Shown here piece after piece: positions 9,944 to 18,103 of a stretch of DNA of 64,000 nt. Origin of the DNA: Chthoniobacterales bacterium (GTDB lineage: Bacteria > Verrucomicrobiota > Verrucomicrobiia > Chthoniobacterales > Chthoniobacteraceae); contig JBBQZX010000024.1 in the NCBI GenBank assembly GCA_038207335.1, positions 1-64,000 on the forward strand. Direction: 5' to 3'. Position 1 is the stretch's first letter; the number at the start of each line of letters is the position of its first letter. Under the pieces are notes generated by a model. The model made no database searches. It was not told the DNA's origin and saw only the letters and a list, made by a program, of their open reading frames with translations. A program made the position numbers and the translations under genes.

Positions 9944-11053
9944 TCAGAGCGCGGAGGCATAGAGAGCGCGGAGGTCGGCGCGAGTGACGGCGACGGGGTT
10001 TGTGAGGTGGCAGGTGTCTTCGATGGCTTGGTCGGCGAGGGCATCGATGTGCGACTCATCGACGCCGTGGGCTCGCACGCCTGTGTGCAGGCCGATCTCC
10101 GATAGGAGGGTGCAGATGGAGTCGATCGTGGCGCGGTCGGTCGGGTCGGGGAGGTCGAGGGCGGTGCCGACGCGGCGGTAGAGGCCGGGTTTTGCGCGCG
10201 CGTTGAACTCCATGACGTGCGGGAGGCAAAGCGCATTTGCGAGGCCGTGGTGCAGGCCGCAGATGCTGGAGAGCGGATGGGCGAGCGAATGCGTGGTGCC
10301 GAGATCTTTCTGAAATGCGATACCGCCCATCGCGGCGGCGATTTGCATGAGGCCGCGCGCTTCGATGTCCGTGCCGTCGCGGAAGGCGCGCGGCAGGGCG
10401 TCGGCAATGAGGCGGATACCCTCGAGCGCGATGCCGTCGCACATCGGATGGAAGACCGTGGAGGTGAAGGATTCGATGCAGTGCGTGAGGGCGTCGGCAC
10501 CGGTGGCGGCGGTGAGTTTCGGCGGCAGGTCGCGCGTGAGTTCGGGATCGAGGATGACGAGGTCGGCGAGGAGCGCGGGTTGAAAAATCACGCGCTTGCG
10601 GCCATCGATCACGATGACGGAACTGCGCCCGACTTCGCTCCCGGTGCCCGCGGTCGTGGGGATCGCGATGCACGGCGCGAGGCCGCTCCAATCGGCCTCC
10701 GGATTGAATTCGCGGAGCGTGAAGGCGGGGCGGCGGACACGCAGGCGCACGGCTTTCCCGACATCGAGCGCGCTGCCGCCGCCGAATGCGATGACGCCAT
10801 CGCACCCGCCCGCGGCAAACGCGCGCGCGGCACCCTCGACGTCGTCCTCGATGGGGTTCGGATGCACGGTGGCGAAGAGCCCGCACCGGCCGTTTAGGAC
10901 GTTTTCGAGCGCGGTGAATGCGCTCGTCGAGAGGAGCCCGGGATCGGTGACGACCAGCGGTTTGCCGATGCTCAGCCGCGCGAGATGCTGCGGGAGTTCA
11001 GCGAGAGCACCGGGAGCAAAAAGGATCGGCGTCGGGAAGGAGAAAGTTGGCAT
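9944..11053 (-). CDS. Iron-containing alcohol dehydrogenase
   Basis: GGGSALD, PTTAGTGSE, DALTHCIE, HSLAH and HHG metal ligands. Confidence 0.92.
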   Translation of the reverse strand: MPTFSFPTPILFAPGALAELPQHLARLSIGKPLVVTDPGLLSTSAFTALENVLNGRCGLFATVHPNPIEDDVEGAARAFAAGGCDGVIAFGGGSALDVGKAVRLRVRRPAFTLREFNPEADWSGLAPCIAIPTTAGTGSEVGRSSVIVIDGRKRVIFQPALLADLVILDPELTRDLPPKLTAATGADALTHCIESFTSTVFHPMCDGIALEGIRLIADALPRAFRDGTDIEARGLMQIAAAMGGIAFQKDLGTTHSLAHPLSSICGLHHGLANALCLPHVMEFNARAKPGLYRRVGTALDLPDPTDRATIDSICTLLSEIGLHTGVRAHGVDESHIDALADQAIEDTCHLTNPVAVTRADLRALYASAL

Positions 11054-11230
11054 CGTCACTTGGACGATTGGCAAGTGGGCGGGCGAAAGGGCAAGCGGCA
11101 TTTTCGCGGCGCTGGGGGGCGGGGACGAATTTTAACCGCCGAGGCGCGGAGGCGCGGAGAGGGGAGGCGGCAGATGGTTGATGGGGGTGAATTTTTGCCG
11201 CGCTCGCGGAGCCGAAATCCGCGCTGACCT

Positions 11231-12862
11231 TCAATGCGAAAGAGGAAGGCGAGGGAGGGGCAGAATGGCGGGAACTTTCTCCAAAATGTCGGGGGTTTTC
11301 ACCGGGATCGCGACGGGTTTTCCGGCCGGGATGGGCTCGTCGGGTAGGTGGAAGATCGTTTCGAGAAGTTTGGGCTCGGGGAGGACTTCGGGGATGACGG
11401 CCTGGATGCCTTCGACAACGGCATTCACCGCGGGCTGGCGGCTGAGGATGTAGTCCAGCTCAGGGATTGCGAGCGGTCGTGGGCCGGCGAGGCCTTTCAG
11501 ATTCAGGCGGTCGAAATGGTCCTGGAGGAAGTCCTCGACCCGGCCGGTTTGGAGCGGGTTCAGGTCGAGGACTTGCCCCAGCAGGTCGGTGTAGAGAGCG
11601 GCGATTTTTTTGGGTTCGAGTTCGAGGCTCCGCAATCGCTCGGGGGTCGCGGGGACGCCGTCGAAGCCGATGTCGCCGATGACTGCGAGGAGGTCGCTGC
11701 TGACGGTAGGGATTTCCGGTGCCACCGCGGCGGCGGCGGAAATCGGAGAGGCTGCGGCGGTCGCGATTTCCGATGGCGAAAGTGGGATGTCGGGCGGCGC
11801 GGGGCCGGTCGCACCAGGGACGACGGTCGCGGGATTTTTTATCGCGGCGGTCGCGGCGGTCGCGGCGGGAATGGCTGCGGTTCTGGACAAGTCTGTGGTG
11901 GCGACTTCGGCGGGTGGCCGACGGACTTTTGCCGTGTCGGCGACGCTGGTGCGGAGGCGGTTGCGGGCGGCGAGGACGGCGGGGCTTGCGTTGGCCGGAT
12001 CACGGAGCGGTGCGCGAACCCTGACGCGATCACCTTCCGCCGAAACCGGCACCGCGGATGCGACCGGCGTGCTGGATGAATCGAGGCCCGCGAGCTGCCA
12101 TGCTACGGGGATCGCGGCGAGCGCGACGATGGCGGCGGCGAGCTTCACGGTGGCGTGCGACATGATCGCGGTGAGCGTGAGGAAGCCGGACGAGCCCGCG
12201 CCCGCGACCGCAGCGGCCAGGGCGCTATCGGCGAGGCCCGGGATGAACGGGAGCGATGCCTGGATCGCGACTCCGCCGGCGAGCAGGCTCGCGAGGTCAC
12301 CGCCGACATTCCGCTCGCGGAGGCGCGTGCCGAGGCGCTCGAGCGCGCGGGAGACGCGCTTGCGGACGGCGGGCTCGTTCGTGTCGAGCGCGGCGGCCAT
12401 TTCGGCGTAGGAGAGGTCTTGAAAATAATGCAGGACGAGGACTTCGCGGTCGGCGGTCGGGAGGACGTCGATCGCCTCGTCGAGCACAGCAAGGCGCGCG
12501 GGGCCGGCAGCGCCGCCGACCTCGGGCTCGGCGACTTTTTCGGCGTCGTCGGCGTATCTGTCGTGGCGATTCGTGCGGCGGCGCTCGGACTGGATCGTGC
12601 GGAGCGATTCATAAACCGCGGCCTGGTGCAGCCAGCCGCCGATGGATGCGCGCCCGATCAGAATGCCCGCTTTTTTTGCGAGCGCGGCGAAGACCTCCTG
12701 CGCCACGTCGCGCGCGATTTCAAGGTTGCCGGTTTTGCGAAATGCGGTGCCGACGACCATCGCCTGATATCGCTCGACGAGGGCGCTGAAGGCGGTTTGC
12801 GCGCCTCGCTTCTCGTAGTCGCGCAGCAGGTCGGAGTCGGTGGAGACATCTAGCGCATTCAT
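11231..12862 (-). CDS. ECF-type RNA polymerase sigma factor with long C-terminal extension
   Basis: Region 2 (AFSALVERY..DVAQEVF..GWL) and region 4 (LHYFQDLSYAEMA..AVRKRVSRAL), then a hydrophobic segment and a Pro/Ala-rich tail. Confidence 0.85.
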   Translation of the reverse strand: MNALDVSTDSDLLRDYEKRGAQTAFSALVERYQAMVVGTAFRKTGNLEIARDVAQEVFAALAKKAGILIGRASIGGWLHQAAVYESLRTIQSERRRTNRHDRYADDAEKVAEPEVGGAAGPARLAVLDEAIDVLPTADREVLVLHYFQDLSYAEMAAALDTNEPAVRKRVSRALERLGTRLRERNVGGDLASLLAGGVAIQASLPFIPGLADSALAAAVAGAGSSGFLTLTAIMSHATVKLAAAIVALAAIPVAWQLAGLDSSSTPVASAVPVSAEGDRVRVRAPLRDPANASPAVLAARNRLRTSVADTAKVRRPPAEVATTDLSRTAAIPAATAATAAIKNPATVVPGATGPAPPDIPLSPSEIATAAASPISAAAAVAPEIPTVSSDLLAVIGDIGFDGVPATPERLRSLELEPKKIAALYTDLLGQVLDLNPLQTGRVEDFLQDHFDRLNLKGLAGPRPLAIPELDYILSRQPAVNAVVEGIQAVIPEVLPEPKLLETIFHLPDEPIPAGKPVAIPVKTPDILEKVPAILPLPRLPLSH

Positions 12863-13040
12863 ATTCACCACTACTCCCCGCGCGGAGGACGTGTTTGTGA
12901 CCGAATGACGCGATTTTTTTGCGGCGAATTCGATTGGCATGACTGGGTGGTTCCATCGGATTCGCATTTGCGGGCGGCAAAAGCCGTTCCGCGGCAAAGT
13001 GAGGCTGGCGGCGGCGATGCCATTCGCGAAGATTGGCGCG

Positions 13041-14279
13041 ATGAATAATGCAGAGCCATCCGCCATTGATTGGGCCGCGATTCGCGAAGATTTCCCGATT
13101 TTAAACCAGCAGGTCGGCGAGCATCGGCTCGTGTATCTGGACAATGCGGCGAGCTCGCAGAAACCGCGGCAGGTGATCGAGGCGCTGCGTCATTATTATG
13201 AGCACGATAACGCGAATGTGCATCGCGGGCTGCACGAGCTGAGTTCCCGCGCAACGGACGCTTACGAGGGGGCACGGGCTAAAGTAGCGCGCTACCTCGG
13301 CGCGGCTAGTGCGGAGGAAATCGTGTTCACGCGCGGGACGACGGAGGCAATCAATCTCGTGGCGTGCGCGTGGGGCGCGAAGTTTTTGAAGGCCGACGAC
13401 GTGGTGCTGCTGACGGAAATGGAGCACCACAGCAACATCGTCCCCTGGCAACTCCTCGCGGAGCGCACCGGCGCTCGGATCAAGTATCTACCGGTGCTCG
13501 CGGACGGCACGCTCGCGCTGGAGCAGCTCGGCTCGCTGCTCACGGAGGAGGTGAAAATCTTTGCGTTCACGCATATTTCCAACTCGCTCGGGACGATCAA
13601 TCCCGTCGCCGAGCTGTGCGCCGCGGCGCGAAAAGTGGGCGCGATTTCGCTCGTCGATGCTGCGCAGAGCGCGGGGCACCTGACGCTGAACGTGCGGGAG
13701 ATCGGCTGCGATTTTCTCGCGTTCTCGGGTCACAAAATGTGCGCGCCGACGGGCATCGGGGCGCTGTATGGACGCCGCGATTTGCTGGAGGCGACGCCAC
13801 CGTGGCAGGGCGGCGGGGAGATGATTTCGACCGTGTCGTTCGAGCGCGCGACGTTCAAAAACGCACCCCATAAATTCGAGGCGGGCACTCCGAATATCGC
13901 CGGCGCGATCGGGCTCGGCGCTGCGATCGACTATCTCGAGGCGATCGGACGCGACGCGATTTTCGCGCACGATGCGGCGCTCGCGGATTACGCGCTGGAG
14001 CGGATGTCGGCACTGCCAGGGATGCGCATCCACGGGCCGCGCAGCGGCCGCGCGGGGCTCGTCGGCTTCACGATGGAGGCCGCGCATCCGCACGACGTGA
14101 CCACTTTCGCCAATGAATACGGGCTCGCCCTGCGAGGAGGGCACCACTGCAATCAACCGCTGATGCGGAAGTTCGGATTGCCCGGCACGACGCGGGCGAG
14201 CTTCTACTTTTACAACACGCGCGCGGAGATCGACCGGCTGGTCGAAGTGCTCGAAAAGGCGCGGCAATTTTTCGCGTGA
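13041..14279 (+). CDS. sufS: Cysteine desulfurase SufS
   Basis: YLDNAASSQKP, EHHSN, FSGHKM (PLP lysine), RGGHHC. Confidence 0.95.
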   Translation: MNNAEPSAIDWAAIREDFPILNQQVGEHRLVYLDNAASSQKPRQVIEALRHYYEHDNANVHRGLHELSSRATDAYEGARAKVARYLGAASAEEIVFTRGTTEAINLVACAWGAKFLKADDVVLLTEMEHHSNIVPWQLLAERTGARIKYLPVLADGTLALEQLGSLLTEEVKIFAFTHISNSLGTINPVAELCAAARKVGAISLVDAAQSAGHLTLNVREIGCDFLAFSGHKMCAPTGIGALYGRRDLLEATPPWQGGGEMISTVSFERATFKNAPHKFEAGTPNIAGAIGLGAAIDYLEAIGRDAIFAHDAALADYALERMSALPGMRIHGPRSGRAGLVGFTMEAAHPHDVTTFANEYGLALRGGHHCNQPLMRKFGLPGTTRASFYFYNTRAEIDRLVEVLEKARQFFA

Positions 14280-14339
14280 AGCGCCGGATTTTGCATTTCC
14301 AATCTTCTGCTTTGCGGCTTCGTGTTAAATGAGAGGCGC

Positions 14340-14807
14340 ATGAACGAACTCGAAGAACTTTACCAGCAGGTGATCCTCGATCACTCGAAACGGCCGCGGA
14401 ATTTCGGCGAGATCGCGGAGGGCGCGGTGCATGTGCATGGCGACAATCCGTCGTGCGGCGACGAGATTCATTTGCATGTGAAGTTCGCGGCGGATGGCGC
14501 GGTGGAGGATGTGAAATTCACTGGCCAGGGGTGCGCGATCAGCCAGGCGTCGGCCTCAATGATGACGCTGAAACTCAAAGGCAAGCCACGCGCGGAGGCG
14601 GAGCACATGGCGCGGGAATTTCACGATCTCGTGACGGTCGAAGGCACGCAGCCGTCGCGCGCGCTCGGAGATTTGCGGCTGCTGGAGGGGGTTCGGAAGT
14701 TTCCGCAGCGGGTGAAGTGCGCTATGCTTTCATGGCGCGCATTCGAGCAGGCGCTGGAGCAGGCGCCGGGAGCGGATGGCATGGTTTCGACCGAGACCGC
14801 GGAATAA
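14340..14807 (+). CDS. sufU: SUF system NifU-like protein SufU
   Basis: LYQQVILDH, NPSCGD, GCAISQAS, RVKCAML; directly downstream of sufS. Confidence 0.93.
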   Translation: MNELEELYQQVILDHSKRPRNFGEIAEGAVHVHGDNPSCGDEIHLHVKFAADGAVEDVKFTGQGCAISQASASMMTLKLKGKPRAEAEHMAREFHDLVTVEGTQPSRALGDLRLLEGVRKFPQRVKCAMLSWRAFEQALEQAPGADGMVSTETAE

Positions 14808-14870
14808 CGCGGGCATTCCAAAGTTTCCGGGGTCGCGCGGGTTGTTGTGCTGCGAAGGCGTAAATTTTTA

Positions 14871-14900
14871 TTGCGACACAATCTCAAAAGCGCCTACTTT
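14871..14900 (+). promoter_or_regulatory. Putative Fur-like operator overlapping the feo promoter
   Basis: TTGCGA-CACAA-TCTCAA imperfect inverted repeat (14871-14887) in an AT-rich patch; TTGCGA..N18..TACTTT promoter-like pair just before feoA. Confidence 0.5.
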
Positions 14901-14912
14901 CCTCCCACGCAC

Positions 14913-15161
14913 ATGACTCCCGCTCCTTCGATCGATTGTCTCACTCTCTCCCGCGCCCGCTGCGGTGAACGGCTTCGTGTCGTTTCGATTTGCGAGAGCT
15001 GCCCAGAGCGCGGACGGCTGCGGGAACTCGGTTTTTGCGAGCGCGCACTGCTTTGCAAAGTCGCCGAGGGCGGCGCGATGATCTGCTCGCTCGCGGGGAT
15101 GCGCGTGGCGATCGGGCGCGAACTCGGTGCGCACGTGCGCGTCGAGCGGGTGGCGGCATGA
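14913..15161 (+). CDS. feoA: Ferrous iron transport protein A (Cys-rich)
   Basis: RLRELGF and MRVAIGRELGAHVRVE SH3-like FeoA pattern; upstream of feoB. Confidence 0.75.
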   Translation: MTPAPSIDCLTLSRARCGERLRVVSICESCPERGRLRELGFCERALLCKVAEGGAMICSLAGMRVAIGRELGAHVRVERVAA

Positions 15162-15400
15162 GCGACGGCGCCGCGGAGGTGCTGAGCAAGTTCGCGGCGG
15201 GCGAACGCGGACGCGTGACCGGCTTTACACTTGCGCCGGAAGAGAAGCAGCGGCTGCTCGAAATGGGGCTCACGATCGGCACGGAATTCCAGCTCGTGCG
15301 ATTCGCGCCACTCGGCGATCCGCTGGAATTGCGGGTGCGCGGCTACAATCTTTCGCTCCGGAAAAAGGAAGCAGCTGGAATCCAGGTCGCGCGGATTTGA
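15158..15400 (+). CDS. feoA: Ferrous iron transport protein A
   Basis: RLLEMGL..APLGDPLELRVRGYNLSLRKKEA canonical FeoA; ATGA overlap with the previous gene. Confidence 0.93.
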   Translation: MSDGAAEVLSKFAAGERGRVTGFTLAPEEKQRLLEMGLTIGTEFQLVRFAPLGDPLELRVRGYNLSLRKKEAAGIQVARI

Positions 15401-15432
15401 AATGAACCACGATTTTTGCCACTCCCGCTGAC

Positions 15433-17529
15433 ATGCTGGAGACAATCGCCACGCCCGTGCAGACGGCGGTGCGCCGCGTGGCGATCGCTGGGAATCCGAA
15501 TTGCGGAAAGAGCACCATTTTCAACGCGCTGACCGGGCTCCGGCAGAAGATCGGCAACTACCCCGGCGTCACTGTCGAGCGGAAGGAAGGCACGTTTTTC
15601 GGCAGCCACGGCGAACCGATGAACCTGCTCGATTTGCCCGGAAGCTACAGCCTGCAAATCCGCTCGCCGGACGAAGCGGTCGCGCGCGACGTACTGCTCG
15701 GGCGGCTCCCCGGCGTGGCCCGGCCGGACGCGATCGTCGCCGTGATCGACGCGTCGAATCTCGAGCGGAATTTGTATCTCGTGGCGCAGATGCTCGAACT
15801 GCAACTGCCCGTGATCATCGCGCTTAACATGGTCGATATGGCGGAGAAATCCGGCGTGCTGATCGACGTGGAGGTTTTGCGCGAAAGGCTCGGCGTGCCG
15901 GTGATCCCGATGATCGCGACGAAAGGCGTGGGGCTTATCGAGCTCAAGCAGGCGCTCTCGCAGACTCAGCTCGCGCCGCCGCGGCACCGCGCGCCGATGC
16001 CAGCGCTTTTTGAAAAGGAAACCGTCGCGCTTGCCGCGCAGTTGCCGGTCGCGCCGGAGATCGCTTTTCCCGAGGCACTGCTGCTCCTCACGCTCCACGA
16101 CAGCGCGCTCGACGACCTCGCGGGGCATGAGCACAGCGTGATCGAGGCGACCCGCGCAGCGCAGCATCGGCTGCGCGATGCGGAGCTCGATCCGATGTCC
16201 GCGCCCGTCGATGCGCGATACCAGTGGATCCAGTCGGTATGTCGCGGCGCGGTGACAAACTCGGGCTCCGACGAGCTTTCCGTTTCGGATCGCATCGACC
16301 TGATTTTCACGCATCGCGTCTGGGGCTGGATGGCGTTTCTCGCGGCGATGACGCTCATGTTTTTCTGCATTTTCACGGTCGCACAGGCGCCGATGGACTG
16401 GATCGACAGCGGCGTGAAATGGATCGGCTCATGGGTCGGCGATCATCTTCCAGACAGCGATTTGCGGAGTTTGCTCACGGACGGCATCATCGCCGGAGTG
16501 GGCGCGGTGCTCGTCTTTTTGCCGCAAATTCTGATCCTCTATTTCTTCCTCGGGATCCTCGAGGACACGGGTTACATGGCGCGCGCGGCGTTCATCATGG
16601 ACCGGCTCATGTCGCGCGTCGGGCTGCATGGGAAGTCGTTCATCCCGATGCTCAGTTCATTCGCGTGCGCGATCCCGGGCGTGATGGCGACGCGGACGAT
16701 CGAGAATCCAAAAGACCGGCTCGTGACGATCCTCGTCGCTCCACTGATGAGCTGCTCGGCGCGCATCCCCGTTTACATTTTGATGATCGCGATCCTCATC
16801 CCGGCGGCGAGTGCGCTGCAGCGCGCGGGGCTCATGCTCATCATGTACGTCATCGGGATCGTCGCGGCGTTCAGCATGGCGTGGTTTTTGAAGACGCGAC
16901 TTTTCAAAGGCGAAACTCCGATGTTGCTGCTCGAGATGCCGCCGTACCGGATGCCCGTGCTGCGGACGATAGCGCTGAGGATGTGGGAGCGCGCGGGGCT
17001 ATTCCTGCGCCGCGCGGGCACGATCATCCTGTCGCTCTCGATTTTGCTCTGGGCGCTCTGCACGTATCCGAAGATCGACAAGTCGGGTGCGACGCCCGCG
17101 GATGCGCTTGAATACAGCATCGCCGGGCGGATGGGCCATGCGCTCGAGCCCGCGATTCGCCCGCTCGGATACGATTGGAAAATCGGCATCGGGCTTATCG
17201 GCTCATTCGCGGCGCGCGAGGTTTTCGTGAGCACGATGTCCACGGTTTATAACGTCGAGAGCACCGACGACGACACGGAGCCGCTGCGCGCGACGATGGC
17301 AAAAGAGATGCGCGCGGATGGAAAAACGCCCGTCTTCACCCCCCTCGTTTGCATCGGACTCATGGTGTTTTTCGTCCTCGCGATGCAGTGCATCAGCACG
17401 GTCGCGATCGTCCGCCGCGAGACGAACACTTGGCGCTGGCCGCTCTTTCAAATCGCCTACATGACCGCGCTCGCGTGGCTCGGCGCATTTGTCGTTTATC
17501 AAGGCGGGAGGCTGCTCGGATTCCAATGA
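15433..17529 (+). CDS. feoB: Ferrous iron transport protein B
   Basis: GNPNCGKST, NYPGVTVE and DLPG GTPase motifs, plus a multi-TM domain. Confidence 0.96.
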   Translation: MLETIATPVQTAVRRVAIAGNPNCGKSTIFNALTGLRQKIGNYPGVTVERKEGTFFGSHGEPMNLLDLPGSYSLQIRSPDEAVARDVLLGRLPGVARPDAIVAVIDASNLERNLYLVAQMLELQLPVIIALNMVDMAEKSGVLIDVEVLRERLGVPVIPMIATKGVGLIELKQALSQTQLAPPRHRAPMPALFEKETVALAAQLPVAPEIAFPEALLLLTLHDSALDDLAGHEHSVIEATRAAQHRLRDAELDPMSAPVDARYQWIQSVCRGAVTNSGSDELSVSDRIDLIFTHRVWGWMAFLAAMTLMFFCIFTVAQAPMDWIDSGVKWIGSWVGDHLPDSDLRSLLTDGIIAGVGAVLVFLPQILILYFFLGILEDTGYMARAAFIMDRLMSRVGLHGKSFIPMLSSFACAIPGVMATRTIENPKDRLVTILVAPLMSCSARIPVYILMIAILIPAASALQRAGLMLIMYVIGIVAAFSMAWFLKTRLFKGETPMLLLEMPPYRMPVLRTIALRMWERAGLFLRRAGTIILSLSILLWALCTYPKIDKSGATPADALEYSIAGRMGHALEPAIRPLGYDWKIGIGLIGSFAAREVFVSTMSTVYNVESTDDDTEPLRATMAKEMRADGKTPVFTPLVCIGLMVFFVLAMQCISTVAIVRRETNTWRWPLFQIAYMTALAWLGAFVVYQGGRLLGFQ

Positions 17530-17690
17530 ACCCGTTGCTGGATCACATCGCGGTCGCGGTTTTCGTGGGAGGCGCGCTGGCGTTTTTTGCGGCGCGGATG
17601 TTTCGGAGGAAGAAGGGAAAGGGGTGTGGGAGCGGGTGCTGCACGACCGCGAAGCCGATCAGTCGCGGTGGTATGGCAAGCCGGCCTTGA
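17526..17690 (+). CDS. FeoB-associated small Cys-rich membrane protein
   Basis: ATG overlaps the feoB stop; 54 aa with a TM helix then KKGKGCGSGCC. Confidence 0.75.
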   Translation: MNPLLDHIAVAVFVGGALAFFAARMFRRKKGKGCGSGCCTTAKPISRGGMASRP

Positions 17691-18099
17691 TTGTGTAGGC
17701 GCGGTAGATTTGTTCGAGGACGAGGAGGAGCGCGAGTTCGTGCTGGAAGGTGAGCGGGCTCAGGGACCAATGCCAGTCGGCGGAGGCGCGGAGCCCGGCG
17801 GTGTGACCGTCGGCGCCACCGACGATGAGTGCTACGCTTTTCACGCTGCGCTGCTCCCATGCGCTGATTTTGGTCGAAAGCGCGCGGCTGGCGAGCTGGT
17901 CGCCGCGCTCGTCGAGGACGATGCGAAACATGCCGTCGCTGCGCGCGAGCAAGGCTGCGCTCTCGGTTTCGCGGGTGCCGGATTTCAGGAAGTCCAGCGT
18001 GACGGGAGCAAATGGCTTCAGGCGCGCGGCGTAATCGGCGATACCGTCGGCGGCGAATGGGAGCTTGGGTTTTCCGATGGCGAGAATGTGCCAGCGCAT
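17659..18099 (-). CDS. rlmH: 23S rRNA (pseudouridine1915-N3)-methyltransferase
   Basis: LDERG, VGGADG, SLSPLTFQHE, EQIYRAYTI..PYHR SPOUT motifs. Confidence 0.93.
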   Translation of the reverse strand: MRWHILAIGKPKLPFAADGIADYAARLKPFAPVTLDFLKSGTRETESAALLARSDGMFRIVLDERGDQLASRALSTKISAWEQRSVKSVALIVGGADGHTAGLRASADWHWSLSPLTFQHELALLLVLEQIYRAYTIKAGLPYHRD

Positions 18100-18103
18100 C
18101 GGC

